NCBI GenBank assembly: GCA_014905635.1
Contig: JABVCE010000007.1
Coordinates: 1,054,001 to 1,118,000, forward strand
DNA length: 64,000 nucleotides
DNA from: Scenedesmus sp. PABB004
Lineage: Eukaryota
Reading direction: 5' to 3'
The position numbers and the translations under genes were made by a program. The notes beneath the pieces are model-generated. The model had not been told where the DNA came from, ran no database searches, and saw only the letters and a program-made list of their open reading frames with translations. Below are positions 11,291-29,845 of the stretch, piece by piece (position 1 is the first letter of the stretch; each line of letters opens with the position of its first letter).

Positions 11291-12352
11291 CGGCAGCGGC
11301 GGCAGCGGCGGCGCGTGAGCAGGCGCGGCGTTGGCGGCGGCCGCGGCGGCAGCGTGCGAGCGGGCGCAGCGGCTGCAGGAGCGCGCCCGGCACGCTGCCG
11401 GCTGCCCGTCTGCCACCCGCCCGCCCGCCTCGCTCGGCGCGGCGCGGCGCCGGCCCTCAGCGCAGCTCGTCCTCGGGCTCGGCTCGGCGCCGCCCAGGTC
11501 GGCTCACCGGGCAGGATGCCGAGCGCGTGCAGGCGCTCGGGGAACAGCGGCGTGCCCTCGCTGCTGGAGCGCTGGTAGAGGGTCTCCGGGTCCAGGATGG
11601 CAGCGCACAGGTACTGCACGGGAGGCCGGGCGGGCAGGGAAGGTGGGCCGGGCCGGCCGCGCGCCCGGGGGGCCGGCAGGGCGGGGGTTGTGTTGGAGCG
11701 GCGCGCACCTGGTTGGCGCTGGGCGCCTCAAACAGCATCTGCCGGTACGCACGGCGGTTCTGCGGGCGCAGCGGTGGGTGCGTCGCCGCCGCACTCCGAG
11801 GCCCCCGGCGCGCGCGCGCGCCCGCGGCCGTCCCGCGCCGGGGGCGTGCCGCGTGGCCGCAAGCGGCGGCCCCTGCCGCGGCCGCACCTCCTCGCTGTTC
11901 TCGATGCCATACTTGGCAAAGCGGTCGCCGATGGTGCCGGGGCCCTCGTCGCACGCGGTGATGCCCTTGCCGCGCTGCGCGATGTGCTCCGCGACGCCCT
12001 CGAGCTCCGCCTTGCGCGCCTTGCTCAGGTGCGCGCCGTTGTGGCAGCTGCGGGGCGCGCCGCGGCGGCGAGGGGCTCACGGGCCGCGCAGCCCGGCGCC
12101 AGCGCGCCGCGCAGGCCGGCGCGCAGCGCGCCCGCACCTGTGGAAGAAGGGCGCGGCGGCGGCGGCCCGCGCGCGCACGGCGACGCGTGCAGGTCGCGCG
12201 GCGCACGTGCGCTGCGGCGAGGGCAGCGGCGGGCAGCGCGGTGAGGGCGGTGGCGGCCGCTGCGCGCGGCGGCACCGGCGCCGGTGGCACCGGCGGTGGC
12301 TGCGCGCCTCAGCCCACACCTGAGCGCTGAAAGACCTGGCCTGAAGCTGCAT
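9429..12352 (-). CDS. FBA: Divergent class I fructose-bisphosphate aldolase-like protein with plastid transit peptide (multi-exon)
   Basis: Spliced motifs KGITACDEGPGTIGDRF, NRRAYRQMLF, AILDPETLYQ, FAKWR, LARYALICQ, GLVPIVEPD, EGVVLKSNLV (Schiff-base Lys), FLSGGQS, LSFSWSAALQ. N-terminus MQLQARSFSAQRTCAARPARVAVRA. Confidence 0.88.
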
Positions 12353-12978
12353 GGCGCTCGGTCGGACGCGGGCGGTGCCTGGCGCGGGGGCGGCCGGCAG
12401 CGCGGGCAGCGCGCCATCAGCGCGGGCCTGCGAAGCCCACGACCGCCCATTGACTGCGGGCGCGGGCCAGCGGGCCGGTCGTAGCGCAACGCGCCCACGA
12501 CCGCCGCGCGCAGCCGCACCGCGGCTGCGAACTGCCTGCCAGCAGCGGGCGGCGCTGCTGCAGTGGCGCTGGCGCGACGAGAGCGGCGGCGGGCCCAGTT
12601 GAGGTGAGGTGGGCACTCGCGAAGGCTGGCTGCTGAGCGGGAGGGCGGTCGATTGCCGCGGCGGCGGCGGCGCCGGCGGTGCGTGCGCCAGGGCTCAGCA
12701 GGTCCCCGCTGGTTGCCGATCAACGTGTGCCCGGTGGCCCGGCGGGCCGCCGCTACCCCGCTACTCCCGCCGGCTGCAACTCAGTTCAGCCCCAGCTGTT
12801 GCGTTGCGCTACTCAGTGCTGGCCGTTCGCATTGTGCGCCGCAGTGCCCTCGTGCCGCCGTGCAGGAAGTGTGCTGCGCCCCGCAGGTTCAAGTTCCCTC
12901 CACGCTGCGCCCCGCCCAGAAGGTCACAGACCAGACCCCCCGCCCCCGCTGCCACCCCTGCCGCGCCCGCGGCGGGTC

Positions 12979-19312
<6,334 letters not shown>

Positions 19313-19719
19313 GGCCGTCCCGCCGCGATCAGCCCATGGCCCGCCGAGCCGGCTGGTGGGTGTCGGGGCAGCTGCAGCACGCAGCGTTCACGGCGGCGCC
19401 GGTCTTGGGCGCGCGGGCTGTCCCAGCTGCTGCTGGAGTGTCGCTGCTGCCTGGCGGCAGTCTCCTAGAGGTCGTGTGTGATTCCGGGAACTGACGTGGC
19501 CCACGGTGGGAGGCGATGCAGCGCGGGCGGCGCGACTGCTCCGCGCTGACAGTGTCCAGGGCGTGCCACCTGCTGCACGAACGGGCTCCCGACACAATCC
19601 CCAAGCACGAGGACCTCGAGTTTCGTCACGGCAGCATCACGCAGCCGCACCACGCGCCGAGGGACGCACGGCCGACCGGAGCAGTGCCAGAGGCCCGGCA
19701 CCGCCGGGCGCGGCCGCAG
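19313..19719. promoter_or_regulatory. Probable bidirectional promoter between two secreted protease-family genes
   Basis: Divergent ATGs at 19312 (-) and 19720 (+), 407 nt apart. Confidence 0.45.
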
Positions 19720-21878
19720 ATGAAGCTTTCGGGACCCCCCGACATCTCTGGCAGGACGCCAACACGCCTGCGCGCCGCGGCGGCACTCGCGCTGCTGCTG
19801 CTGGCCAGCGCGGGCAGCAGGGCCGCCGGGGACGACGACGACGAGGGCCCTTGGGTGCGGGTGCCAGGCCGGCACCGCCTGGCCGGCCCCGCAGCTGTGG
19901 CAGGCCCGGTGGGCGAGAGCGTGATGCTGGTGGTCGCGCTGCGCGCGCGCAACCCCCTCGGCCTCGCCGCGCGCGCGCGCGCCGTGGTCGACCCGCGCAG
20001 CCGCCACTACCAGCGCTGGCTCACGCCGCGGCAGGTCGGCGACGCGTTTGGCGCGACCGCGGCGACCGTCGACGCGGCGCGGCGGCACTGGGAGCGCTGG
20101 TGCCGCACGGACCGCGGCGGTGATGTGTATGAGTACGAGTTTGACTTGTACAGCCGCCCCGAGCCGACCGCGCGGCTGTTCATGTGGGTCAACTGCGCCG
20201 TGGCGGCCGCCGAGGCGGCGCTCAACACCACGCTCGTCGCGGTCCAGGCCGACGGCGGCGCCGGCTTTTATGCGCCGGCGACGCCGCCGATGCTGCCGGC
20301 GGGCGTGGCGCGGCACGTGGCCGGCGTCGCCGGCCTGAACAACCTGCGCCGCCTGCGCGGCCGCAGCCTCTCCGCGCGGCGGCCTCCCGGCGCGGGCGCC
20401 GCCGCCGGCGCCGCGCAAGCGAGCGAGGCGCCGTGCGGGGAGCCGCCGGTGCCCAACCCCGCCGCGCGCGCGCACCACCTCACCGCGGCGCGGCTGCGCC
20501 GCCTTTACTCGCTCGGCGACGCGCGCGCGCTCAACGGCAGCGGCGTGCGCGTGGCCGTGGCGACGTTTGAGACGATTGACACGTGCGACCTGTCCAAGTA
20601 TGCGGCGCTGAACGAGCTCGACCCAGTGCCCGAGCCGGAGCTGGTGCACCCGCAGGCGCGCGGCGCCGCCCGCGCGGGCCGCCCCTGCGCTGGAGCCGAT
20701 GCAGCCGGCCGAGCCGGCTGACCGCTGACCGCCGCCGCAGATGGATGTGGTCCTGCCAGAGGGCGACTCGACCGAGACCGCGGTCAACGTGGAGCTGATC
20801 GCCGCTGTGGCGCCGCGGGCGCAGGCCGTGGTGCGCCGCCGCGCCGCGCCGCGCCGCGCCGCGGGCGCCCGCCCGCGCTTACGCGTGCCGCGCGCCGCCG
20901 CCGCGGCGCGCGCCCACGCTGCCGCAGGTGTACCAGCGGCCCGACAACAATGAGGCCGCTGAGCTGCTGCTGATGAACGCAATCGCCAACCGGAACAGCG
21001 AGGCCGTCGTCCTGGCCACGTGGGGCCACGGCGAGGAGCCCAACGACGGCGGGGACATGTTTGCCACCGTCCTCCAGCAGATGACCGTCCAGGCGCGCCA
21101 CGCGCGCTGCCCGCGGGCCGCCGGGATGCGGGCGGCGGGGCGGGGCCGCGCCCGGGCGCGGCGCCGGCCGGCTGCGGACGCCGCCCGCCCGCCGCGCCGC
21201 GCCGCGCTGCGCCGTGCCGCACTGCGCCGGCGCGCGCAGGGCCAGACCGTCATAGTCGCGTCGGGCAACTGCGGCCCCTGGGGAGAGACGCCGGACGGCT
21301 CCTGCCCGCAGCCGGGCGCGCCGGGCGCGGCGCGTGGCGTCGGCCACCCGCAGAACCAGCCGTGGGTCACCGCCGTCGGCGGCACCACGCCAACCCTCTG
21401 GATGAGCGACGCATGGGCCGGCGAGGCGGCGTGGCCGCGCTCGGGCGGGGGCGCGAGCCGATCCGTACCGCGGCCTCCCTGGCAGGCGCCGCTCCGGGGG
21501 CAGCTGGATGACCCTGCGCACCGCAGCGTGCCTGACGTCGCGGCCGCCGCCAACCCGGATGTGTGGCCGCACGAGATCGTCCGCGCCGGGGATCTCGGCC
21601 TCGCGGGCGGCACCGCGACGTCGGCGTCCGTGTGGGCGGGCTTTGCCGCGCTGGTCGCCCAGTGCCGGCAGCAGCGCGGGCTGCCGCGCATCGGGCTGCT
21701 CAACGGGCCGCTCGTGCGCGCGGCGCTCGCAGCGGCGGCGCTGCCGCCCGACGCGCGGCCGCTGCGAGACGTGGTCGCGGGCGGCGCGGGCGAGCACGCG
21801 GCGCGGCGCGGGTGGGACCCCGTGACCGGCGTAGGCTCGTTGCAAGGCGAGCGCTTGCTGGAGGTGCTCTGCCGCTGA
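19720..21878 (+). CDS. Secreted sedolisin/kumamolisin (peptidase S53) homologue with prodomain; catalytic residues substituted
   Basis: Signal AAAALALLLLASAG. Prodomain VVDPRSRHYQRWLTPRQVGDAFG. Catalytic-domain motifs ETAVNVE, LATWG, VIVASGNCG, PWVTAVGGT, GGGAS, RSVPDVAAAA, GGTATSASVWAG, GWDPVTGVGS. Introns start at 20656 (GC), ~20831 (GT), 21093 (GC). Confidence 0.85.
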
Positions 21879-22099
21879 GGGCGCGACCGGTCATGCAACC
21901 TCATGGTGTCACAACAGCCCTCCCGCGCGCCCGCCGGCAAGCCCGCCAGCGCTCGCTGCCTCGGCCGCCAGCAAGGCAAGGCCCGACGCACGCATGCAGA
22001 AGGGCCGATCCACGGCTGCAGCCTCAAGCTGGCAGCCAGCCGCTTGAGGCAGCGGCTCAGCCGGCTCCGCCCCTTGCCCCGCAGCGCGGCGCCGCTGTC

Positions 22100-23353
22100 T
22101 CAGGAGCCGCAGAGGAGGTCCAGGAGCTCGTCGTCGCTGTCGCCCGGCTCGGCGGCCTGCAGCGCGCACGCGCCGTGCTGCAGCACAGCGCCCACGCCCT
22201 GCCAGCGCGCTGCCGCGGCCGAGGCGCTCTTGGCGGCGCTGGGCGGCGCCGCCGCCTGCTGCAGGGGCGGCACCGCGCCGGCGCCCGCGGCGCGCGGCGC
22301 CAGCGGCGGCACGGCCGGCGCCGAGCCCTGCAGCTGCAGCTGCTGCCGCAGCCGGCTGCTGTCCACGGGCTGGCGCGCGGCGGCCAGCAGCGCCGCGAGG
22401 CTCGCGTCGGGGCCGATCGTCGGCCCGCGGGGCGCCGCCTGCGGCGCCGGCAGCGGCAGCGCCGCCGGCAGCGCCACCGGCAGCGGCAGCGCCGCCGGCA
22501 GCGCCGCCGGCAGCGCCGCCGGCTGGTGGAGGTATGGGGTCTGCTGCGCCGGCGCCGGCGCAACGCCGGCGGGCGGCAGCGCCGGCGCCGGCTGCTGCTG
22601 GTGCCAGTGCTGCCACTGCAGCGGTCTGGGCGCCGCGGGGGCGTGCTGGTGGGGGGGCAAGCGAGCGATGGCCGGCGCCTGCGGCGCAGCGGCCGGCAGC
22701 ACAAGCGCCTGGAAGGCAGGGGCCTGCTGCGGCGCCTGGAGGATCGGCGGCGCCAGGCTGAGCGGTGCCAGGCTCGGCGGCGCCAGGCTCGGCGGCGCCA
22801 GGCTCGGCGGCGCCAGGCTGGGCGGCGCCACGCTGGGCGGCGCGACGCTGGGCGGCGCCAGGCTGGGCGGCGCCAGCCTCGGCGGCGCCGGCGCCGCGGC
22901 CGCGGCGGCCGCGCCGACCACCATGGGCGGCGCGTAGCGCGCCGCCGGCGCGCCCGCAGGCAGGGCCGGCGGCGCCACCGCCGGCTGGCCGGCGCCGGCG
23001 CCGGCGGGCGTGGCGTCGACGATCAGGACCTCCGGCCGCGGGCTGGGCGCGGCCGCCGCCGGCGCGGGCACGTCGAACGGCGGCGGCAGCACCCAGCGGC
23101 CGGCGCTGCAGAACGCCGCCGCCGCCGCGGCGTCGGCCTCCTCCTCCTCGTCGTCGCCCCGGGCGTCGCCGGAGCTCCAGCCTGAGAGGTAATCCTCGCC
23201 GCTCGCGGCGGCGGCGCCGCCGCTGCGCCACGCGTCCTCGAGCGCGCCGCCGCCGTTGGCGTCGCTGCCGGGCGACGCCTCCAGCACGCCGCCGTCGGTG
23301 CCGCTGCCGGCCCAGGCGTCCAGCACGCCCCAAGCCGCTGCCGCGCCCGACGA

Positions 23354-23384
<31 letters not shown>

Positions 23385-24649
23385 CCCTCGCCGGCCCACT
23401 CGCCGGCCCACTCCCCGCGGACGATGACCAGCTCGTCGTCGCTGCCGCTGGCGTCGTCGCTGCCGCCGGTGTCGTCCGAGGGCGCGCTGCCCGGCGCGGC
23501 CGCGGCGGCGCCCTGCGCCGCGCGGCGCGCCGCCGCGCGCTTGGTGTTCTTTTTCGCGGCGGCCGACAGGGACGCGGCCGCGGGCGCGGCGTTGCGGCCG
23601 ATCGGGCCGGCGGCGGGCGCGGCGTCGAGGGAGGAGGGGCCGGTGGAGAGCCTGCGGGCGCGCGCACACGCGTGCGTGCGTCGGCGGCGGCGGCGCGGGC
23701 CGCCCCCCGCCCGCGCGGCGGCTGGGACGCGCGGCGCACTGCGGCTGGAGGCGCGGCCGCAGGGGCGGCACGCTGAGCGCGGGGCGGCGCGGCGGCTTGG
23801 CGGGCACCGGCTTGGCCGCCATGGCCGCCGGCGCGGGCTTGGCCTTGGGCGCGGCCGCGGCCTTGGGCCCCCTCGCGGGCGCGGCGGGCTGCGGCGCGGG
23901 GCGCGCGGCGCGCGGCGCGCGGTCGGCGGGCGCGCCCAGCGCGCCGCGCGCCGCGCGCCGCGCTGCGCGGCTGCCGCGCGCGCGCCTGCGGCGCCGGGGG
24001 CTTGGCGTCCTTGGCCTTGGGCGCGACGATGGCCTGGCTGCGCGCGACCTTGCCCGGGCACAGCGCGCGCACGCCGCGGCCTCGGCCGACAGGGCAGAGA
24101 AAGCCGGACTGCGAGCGGCGGACAGGTTGAGCCGCTGGAGGGCTTTAACGGCGCCAAGCGGTGAGAAGGGGGGCGAGGGGGGGGGGGGCGAGCAAGACCG
24201 GCGGCAGCCGCGAGCGGGGCCGGCGGCAGCCGCGAGCGAGGCGGGCAGCGCGCGCCGCGCGCCGCGCGCCTTGCAGTCTGCTTTGCCCATGTTGCGGCAG
24301 AAGCTGCGCAGGTACTTTCTCAAGCAGGCCTCATGAAACACGTTGGCGCCGTCGGGCTCGTGGCACGCCGGGCGCGACGTGCAGGTCGCGCTGACGCACT
24401 CCTGCGCGGCGGCGGCGGGCGGCGGGAACCGCGCAGCGCGCTGTCAGCGCAGCGCTGCCCCGCCAGCCTGCGCGGGGGAGCCGCGCGTGTCCACGGCTGC
24501 GACGACATGCCGCTGGATCGGCCGACGCCGCGGCGGCGCGCGGCGCGCGCGAGAGCAGCGAGCAGAGCGAGCAGCGGCGCCCCGGGCACGCGCGCCTCGA
24601 GCTCCGCGTTCGCGCCACGGCCACACAGATCGCATACGGGCGTCTCCAT
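22100..24649 (-). CDS. Hypothetical protein: N-terminal RING/PHD-like zinc finger, long Ala/Pro-rich tail
   Basis: Spliced METPVCDLC..ECVSATC..CH..FHEACLRKYL..DCK|SGFLCPVG..LCPGKV; ends DSDDELLDLLCGS*. Internal exon boundaries are uncertain. Confidence 0.6.
22748..22885 (-). repeat. Coding 15-bp repeat, (APPSL/APPSV) x~8-9
   Basis: ggcggcgccaggctc-type units in the last exon of the zinc-finger gene. Confidence 0.8.
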
Positions 24650-24830
24650 GCGCGCTGGCGCGTCGGCGAGGGCAGCAGCAGCGGCGACGAGGGCGGCAGC
24701 AGCGCGCCGCGCGCGGACGGGCGCTGCGCAGGGGTGCCCCCTGGGGCTGCCGGCGCCGGGGCGCACCGGCTGTGTCTGGAGAGTGCGCTGGAGGGGGCGA
24801 GGGCGGCTGGCGTGGGGCGGCGCCCTTGCG

Positions 24831-24835
24831 TTACA
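24831..24835 (-). terminator. Putative TGTAA poly(A) signal of the P450 gene
   Basis: TTACA ~70 nt downstream of the P450 stop. Confidence 0.5.
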
Positions 24836-24905
24836 CCGCGTGTGCGCGCTGTGCCGCCGCTGCGCGCCGCTGCGCTGAGCGGCGCGCCGCCGCTGCGCCG
24901 CTCAG

Positions 24906-27372
24906 CTAGCCGCGCGCCCTGATCCGCAGCGGCACGCCGTCGGGGCGCAGCGTGAGCATCGGCTTCGCGCGGGGGAAGCCGGCTGCGGGCGTGGCGGGCG
25001 CGAGCTCGTAGCGCGCGAGCAGCATGGCCAGCACGACGACCGCCTCGAGCATCGCAAACCCGCTGCCGATGCAGTTGCGCGGCCCGCCGCCAAATGGCAG
25101 GAAGGCGCCGTTGGGCCCGAGGTCGCGCAGCAGCAGCGCCATGACCGAGGCGCCGCCGCCGGCGCCGGCGGCCGTAGCGGCGGGGCAGCCGGCAGCGGCG
25201 GCGCCCGCGGCCTCGGCGCCGCCGGCGTCGTGCGCGACGGGGCAGCCGTCGCTCGCTGCTGGTGCCGCCGGCTCGCCCGACTGCTGCGACTGCTGCGACT
25301 GCTGCGACTGCTGCACCGGCTGCGGCTGCTGCGGCTGCTGCGCCGGCTGCGACTCGCCCGTCAGCAGCGGCAGCCAGCGCTCCGGCTTGAACAGCGTCGG
25401 CTGCCGCCAGCGGCTGGGCTCGCGGTGCAGCAGGAAGGGACTCACCTGTGCGCGGGCGCGCAGGAAGGGGCCACGCCCGGCGAGGCCCGCGTGAGGGGGC
25501 GAGGGCGCGTGGGGAGGGCGCGCGCGCGCGCCGCCGCCGCCGCACGCGCACCAGCACGGTCGTGCCCGCCGGCAGGCGGTGCCCGCCCGCGAGCGTGACG
25601 TCGCGCGACGCGCAGCGGCCGACCATGTAGGCGGGCGAGTGCAGCCGCAGCGCCTCGAGCACCACCGCCGTCAGCAGCGGCATGCGCGCCACGTCGGCCG
25701 CGTCCGGCGCGGCGCCGGCCGCGAGCACGGCCCGCGCCTCGGCCGCCGCCGCGGCCTGCACGTGCGGGTGGTGCGCGAGCAGCGCGGCCGCCCAGCCGAG
25801 CAGGATCGCGGACGTCTCCTGCCCCGCCACCAGCAGCGTCATCAGCTCGTCCCGCAGCGCCTGCGCGCCCCCGGCGGCGGCGCGGCGCGGCGCGGCGCGG
25901 CGCGCGTCGCCGCCGGGCGCGTGCGGCCCTCGGCCCGCGGCCGCGCCGCGCCGCGCCGCGCCCCCGCCGCCCCGCCGCGCACCTGCCGCGCCATGGGCGC
26001 GCCGGCCTCGTCCGTCGCGTCCAGCAGCGCCTGCAGCAGGTCGGCGCGGCGCGGCGCGCCGCCGCCGCCCGGCGCGTTGTCGGCGGCGCGGGCGTCGATG
26101 ATGCCGTACACGAGCGAGTCGAGCTCCGCGACCGCGTCGCGGAAGCCGACGTTGTCCGGCGTGGGCAGCCACTCGGGGACGACCATCGCCGACGCGCCGC
26201 GCGCCGCGAGGAAGGCAAACGCACGCTCCACCGCGCCGACGACGCGCGACGCGACGACGCCGCCGGCGCCGCCGGCGCCGCTGCCGCTGCTGCCGGGCTG
26301 CATGCCGAAGAGCGCCGCGAGCGTGATGTCGAGGGTGAGCGCGTTGAAGTCGGCGTACACGTCGCGCACGCCGCCGGCCGCCGCCGTGACCGCGAGCGGC
26401 CCGTCCAGCAGCGCGCGCGTGGCGGCTGCCATCTCGCTCGCATACCTGCGGCGCGCGGTTGCCCGGCGCGCGCGTTGAGGCGGCGCGGCGCGGGCGGGGC
26501 TCTGCCGGGGCGAGGCGGCCACGCGCACGCGCGCGCACCTCTCGACCGCCGCCTTGCGGAACGCGGGGTTGGAGAGGCGGCGCTGGCGCCGCCAGACGTC
26601 GCCGTCGCTGACCAGCAGGCCGTTGCCGGTGAGGGAGCTGCCGGGGAAGAAGGCGGTGCCGGCCTTCACAAACACGTCAGCCTGATCGACCAGCACCTGC
26701 GCCAGCACGGGCCGCCGCCGCGGCGGTGGGCGGTGGTGGGCGGCCGCGCGGCGCGCGGCGCGCGCGGCGGCGGCGCTGCGCGCCTGCTTGGCCGCCGCCG
26801 GCTCCGCGACCAGCACGACGCGCTCGCCGCCGAGCAGCATGCCGACGATCGGCCCGTGCTCGCGGCGCAGGCGCGTGATAAAGTCGAGCGGCCCCGCGAG
26901 CATCGCGACCGACTGGTCGCCGGGCGGGCCCGCCGGAAAGCCTGCGGCCCGTTCGCGGTGGCGGCGGCGGCACGGCCATCGGCGGGGCCTCGGGCGTCGA
27001 CGCCAGGCGCAGCGGCGCTGGCGGCGCGCCGGCGGCGCACCCGGCGGCGGCGACTGCACCAGGCGCTGCAGCCGGCTCACGGCGCTGCCGGCGGCGTCAG
27101 CGAGGGTCGCCAGCGACGGCTGCGGGGCGCGCGGCGGTGAGCAGCGGCAGCGCCCCCCCCCCCCCCCCCGGGCAATTGCGGCCAGCACCGGCCATGCCGC
27201 CCACCTGCGCGGTGTCCGACGGCCCTGCACGCGCCATCAAGACGCCAACGCCGCGCCTGCTGAGCCCTCGAGCGCCCGGGCACCGGCTGCGGCGGCCGCC
27301 GCTGCTCGCCGCGCGCCCGCACTCCTGCCGGCCCGCGCCCGCCGCGGCTCCAGCGCGTCCCGCAATCTGCAT
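24906..27372 (-). CDS. Cytochrome P450 (bacterial-like algal type, possibly CYP746-related) with transit-peptide-like N-terminus; alternative in-frame ATG at 27555
   Basis: GNGLLVSDGDVWRRQRRLSNPAF, I-helix LLVAGQETSA, EALR (ExxR), FKPERW, heme motif PFGGGPRNCIG. Family assignment is from recall and unverified. Confidence 0.92.
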
Positions 27373-27473
27373 GACGGCGAATCTCCTCCCGGCAGCAGCT
27401 GCGCGTCGCCTGCCGCCGCCGCTGCCGCCGCCGCTCGCCGGCCCGCGCAGCGCTGCTTCTAGCTTGCTGCAAA

Positions 27474-28197
27474 CAGATCGCGCACTGAAAGTTGCTGGGC
27501 GCGAGTGGGCATCGTGCCCCGCCTCGTCCTCCGCCGCCTCCAGCGCGCCCGTCATGACGGCGCCGCGCTCCCCCGCGTGCTCTCGTGCTCCCCCGGGGCG
27601 CCCCTCGGTCCGCGCGCGTCGGGCTGCCTGGTCGTGTGTGGCGTGTGCTCGTGCGTGGGCGTGCCTGGCTCGTCTCGGTGGCTGGGATTGCTCGCACTGG
27701 TGCGTCTCGGCGGCCGCGCGGGCGCTTGGCGTTGCGGCGCCTCACGAATCTGCTGCGGGGCGGGTGCGCTTTAACGTCTGTCACTCGCGCCCGGCCGCCG
27801 CGACGCGCCTCTGGGCCGCGGCGAGCCCCTCGTCCCTCCCCGCGCACAGCCGCCGCCCACTGGCGGGCGCGTTCGGCCTGGCGGGCACGCCAGCGCCCGC
27901 CGGCTGGGGCCGCGCCCTCGCGGCCGACCTGCACCCCACGCGCGCCCCCTCAGCAGGCTTCTCACTCATCAGACGCCAGCCGTGCGGAGCTGCGCCGCGA
28001 GACGCAGGCGGCGGCGCCGCCTCGGCTGCGCGGCGGCACCGAGCCACGCGGGCGCCGATCAGACGGCAAACCGCACGCCCGCGCGGCCGGCTGGCTGCTC
28101 CTGCTCCTGCAGCTGCCCCGCCGCCGCCTCGGCCGGCCGCGGTGCGGCCGGCCAGCGCGGAGCAGCCTCGGCGGGCCAGGGCGCTGCCAGCCAGCGC
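27474..28197. repeat. Left arm of a ~725-bp inverted duplication (partner 34036-34760)
   Basis: Reverse complement matches 34036-34760 with about 4 substitutions and one 1-nt deletion by eye. Confidence 0.95.
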
Positions 28198-29519
28198 GGG
28201 GCCCCCGGCGCGCCAGCTGGCTCCGTGCAGCTCAGCGCGTCCTCGCCAGCAATGGCGAGCACAACCTGCGGGTGTGCACGGCGCCGGCGTCAAATCAGGC
28301 AGGGCTGCGAGGCGCCCGAGGCACGAGGCGCCCCGCACCTGCACGCCGCCGGCCTGCTGCGCCGCGCCACCCTTGCCGCCGAGCGCCGCCGCCGTGCGCG
28401 GTGTGGACGTGAGGGCCGCGTCAAAGCCCTCCAGCGGCGCGGCGCGGAAGAAATGCTCGAACCCCCCGCCGGCCGCGGGCTTGGCCACGCGCGTGCGGCA
28501 CGCGAGGCAGGGGCTCAGCGCCACGCGGCGCCGCGCCGGCGGCTGCGCCGGCGCCGCCGCCGCGCCCGCCGCGGCGTCGCGCACGCGCGCGCCGCGCGCG
28601 CAGGGGGCGCCGCGGCGCGCAGCCGCCGTGCCGCACGCGCCACGCCGCGCGCGAGCGCCGACGGCTCGACCGCCGCGTCGCGGTTGGCTGTGATGTAATC
28701 CCACGTGCTGAGCCCCCGCGCCGCGAGCACGGCGTGCAGCAGCAGCAGCTCCCCGACCGGCCACATCACGCAGCCCGCGGCGGCGACGCACGCCGCGAGC
28801 GCGGCGAGGAAGGCGGCCGGCGCGGGGCCGCCCGCCGGGTAGGCGGCGGCAAGCGACGCGCGCAGCGCGCGGCGCGGCTGCCGCGCTGCCCACGCGGCGA
28901 GCGCCGCGCCGGCGCCGACCTGCAGCGCGAGCAGGGTGGCCGTTGCTGCCAGGAGGGCCAGGAAGGGCCGGTAGTTGGCGGCGCCGACGCAGCAGTTGAG
29001 CCAGATGCAGTGGTGGTCAAACCCCGACGTGCACGTCGCGCACGCCCTGCAGTGCTTGCTCCCGCGCGACACAAAGCGCTGCGGGCGCAGCCGCACGGCA
29101 TGTCGGGCGCGCGTCCGCCGGCTGCGCGCCGCGTGCTGCGCGCCGCGCGCTGCGCGCTGCCGACCGACCTGGCACTGGTCGCAGTACAGCGGCCGCGACG
29201 GCGTCGCCGCGGGGCTGCCGGCGTCGCTGGTGTCGGCCAGGCTGACGGCCAGGTAGCAGGCGATGGCCAGGAGCGCCGCGCAGCCGTAGAGCGCCGCCGC
29301 GGCGCTGCGGAGGCGCGCCGGCAGCAGCGGCACCGTAATCGCGAAGAAGCAGGCCACCAGGCCGAGGCCGGTGAGCAGCCCGCCGATCTGCGCGGCAGGG
29401 CGCGGGGCGTGGGCGAGAGGGGCGGGGCCGGCGCGCGGGCGGCGGCGCCGCCGGTCAGCGGGAGCCAGGCTCGCCTGCGCTGGCCGCCAGGGCGCGTGGC
29501 AGCCGTGACGGCGCCGCAT
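28059..29519 (-). CDS. DHHC palmitoyl/S-acyltransferase (plant PAT19-22-like), apparent 1-nt frameshift at ~28603-28607
   Basis: [16 protein letters not shown]-terminus, [56 protein letters not shown]; last exon ends RAGVRFAV*. Confidence 0.88.
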
Positions 29520-29845
29520 CGCGACGCCTAACCAGCACGGCGCGGTCTCCCCGCCGCTAGCAGCTACATGGCGGAGCAGCGCCGCGCGCCGCCCGGCGCT
29601 GTCGCGGCCGCGGGAGCGTGCCGGCCAGGCGCGCGGGCGGCGCCCGTCAAGGGCAGAGGGCCCGGCTTCACGGCGTTACCAGCGGTGGCAGAGGTGTGCG
29701 CCGCCGCGCGGCGCCGCCGGCGGTCTGCGCTGATTGACCCCCGCCCTGACGCCCAAGTCCCGCTGCGTGCGTGCGCACGGCACGCCCCCGGACCCCCAGC
29801 CCACACGCCTCCAAGCCCCAAGTCCCCAGCCCCCACGCCCCGCCC

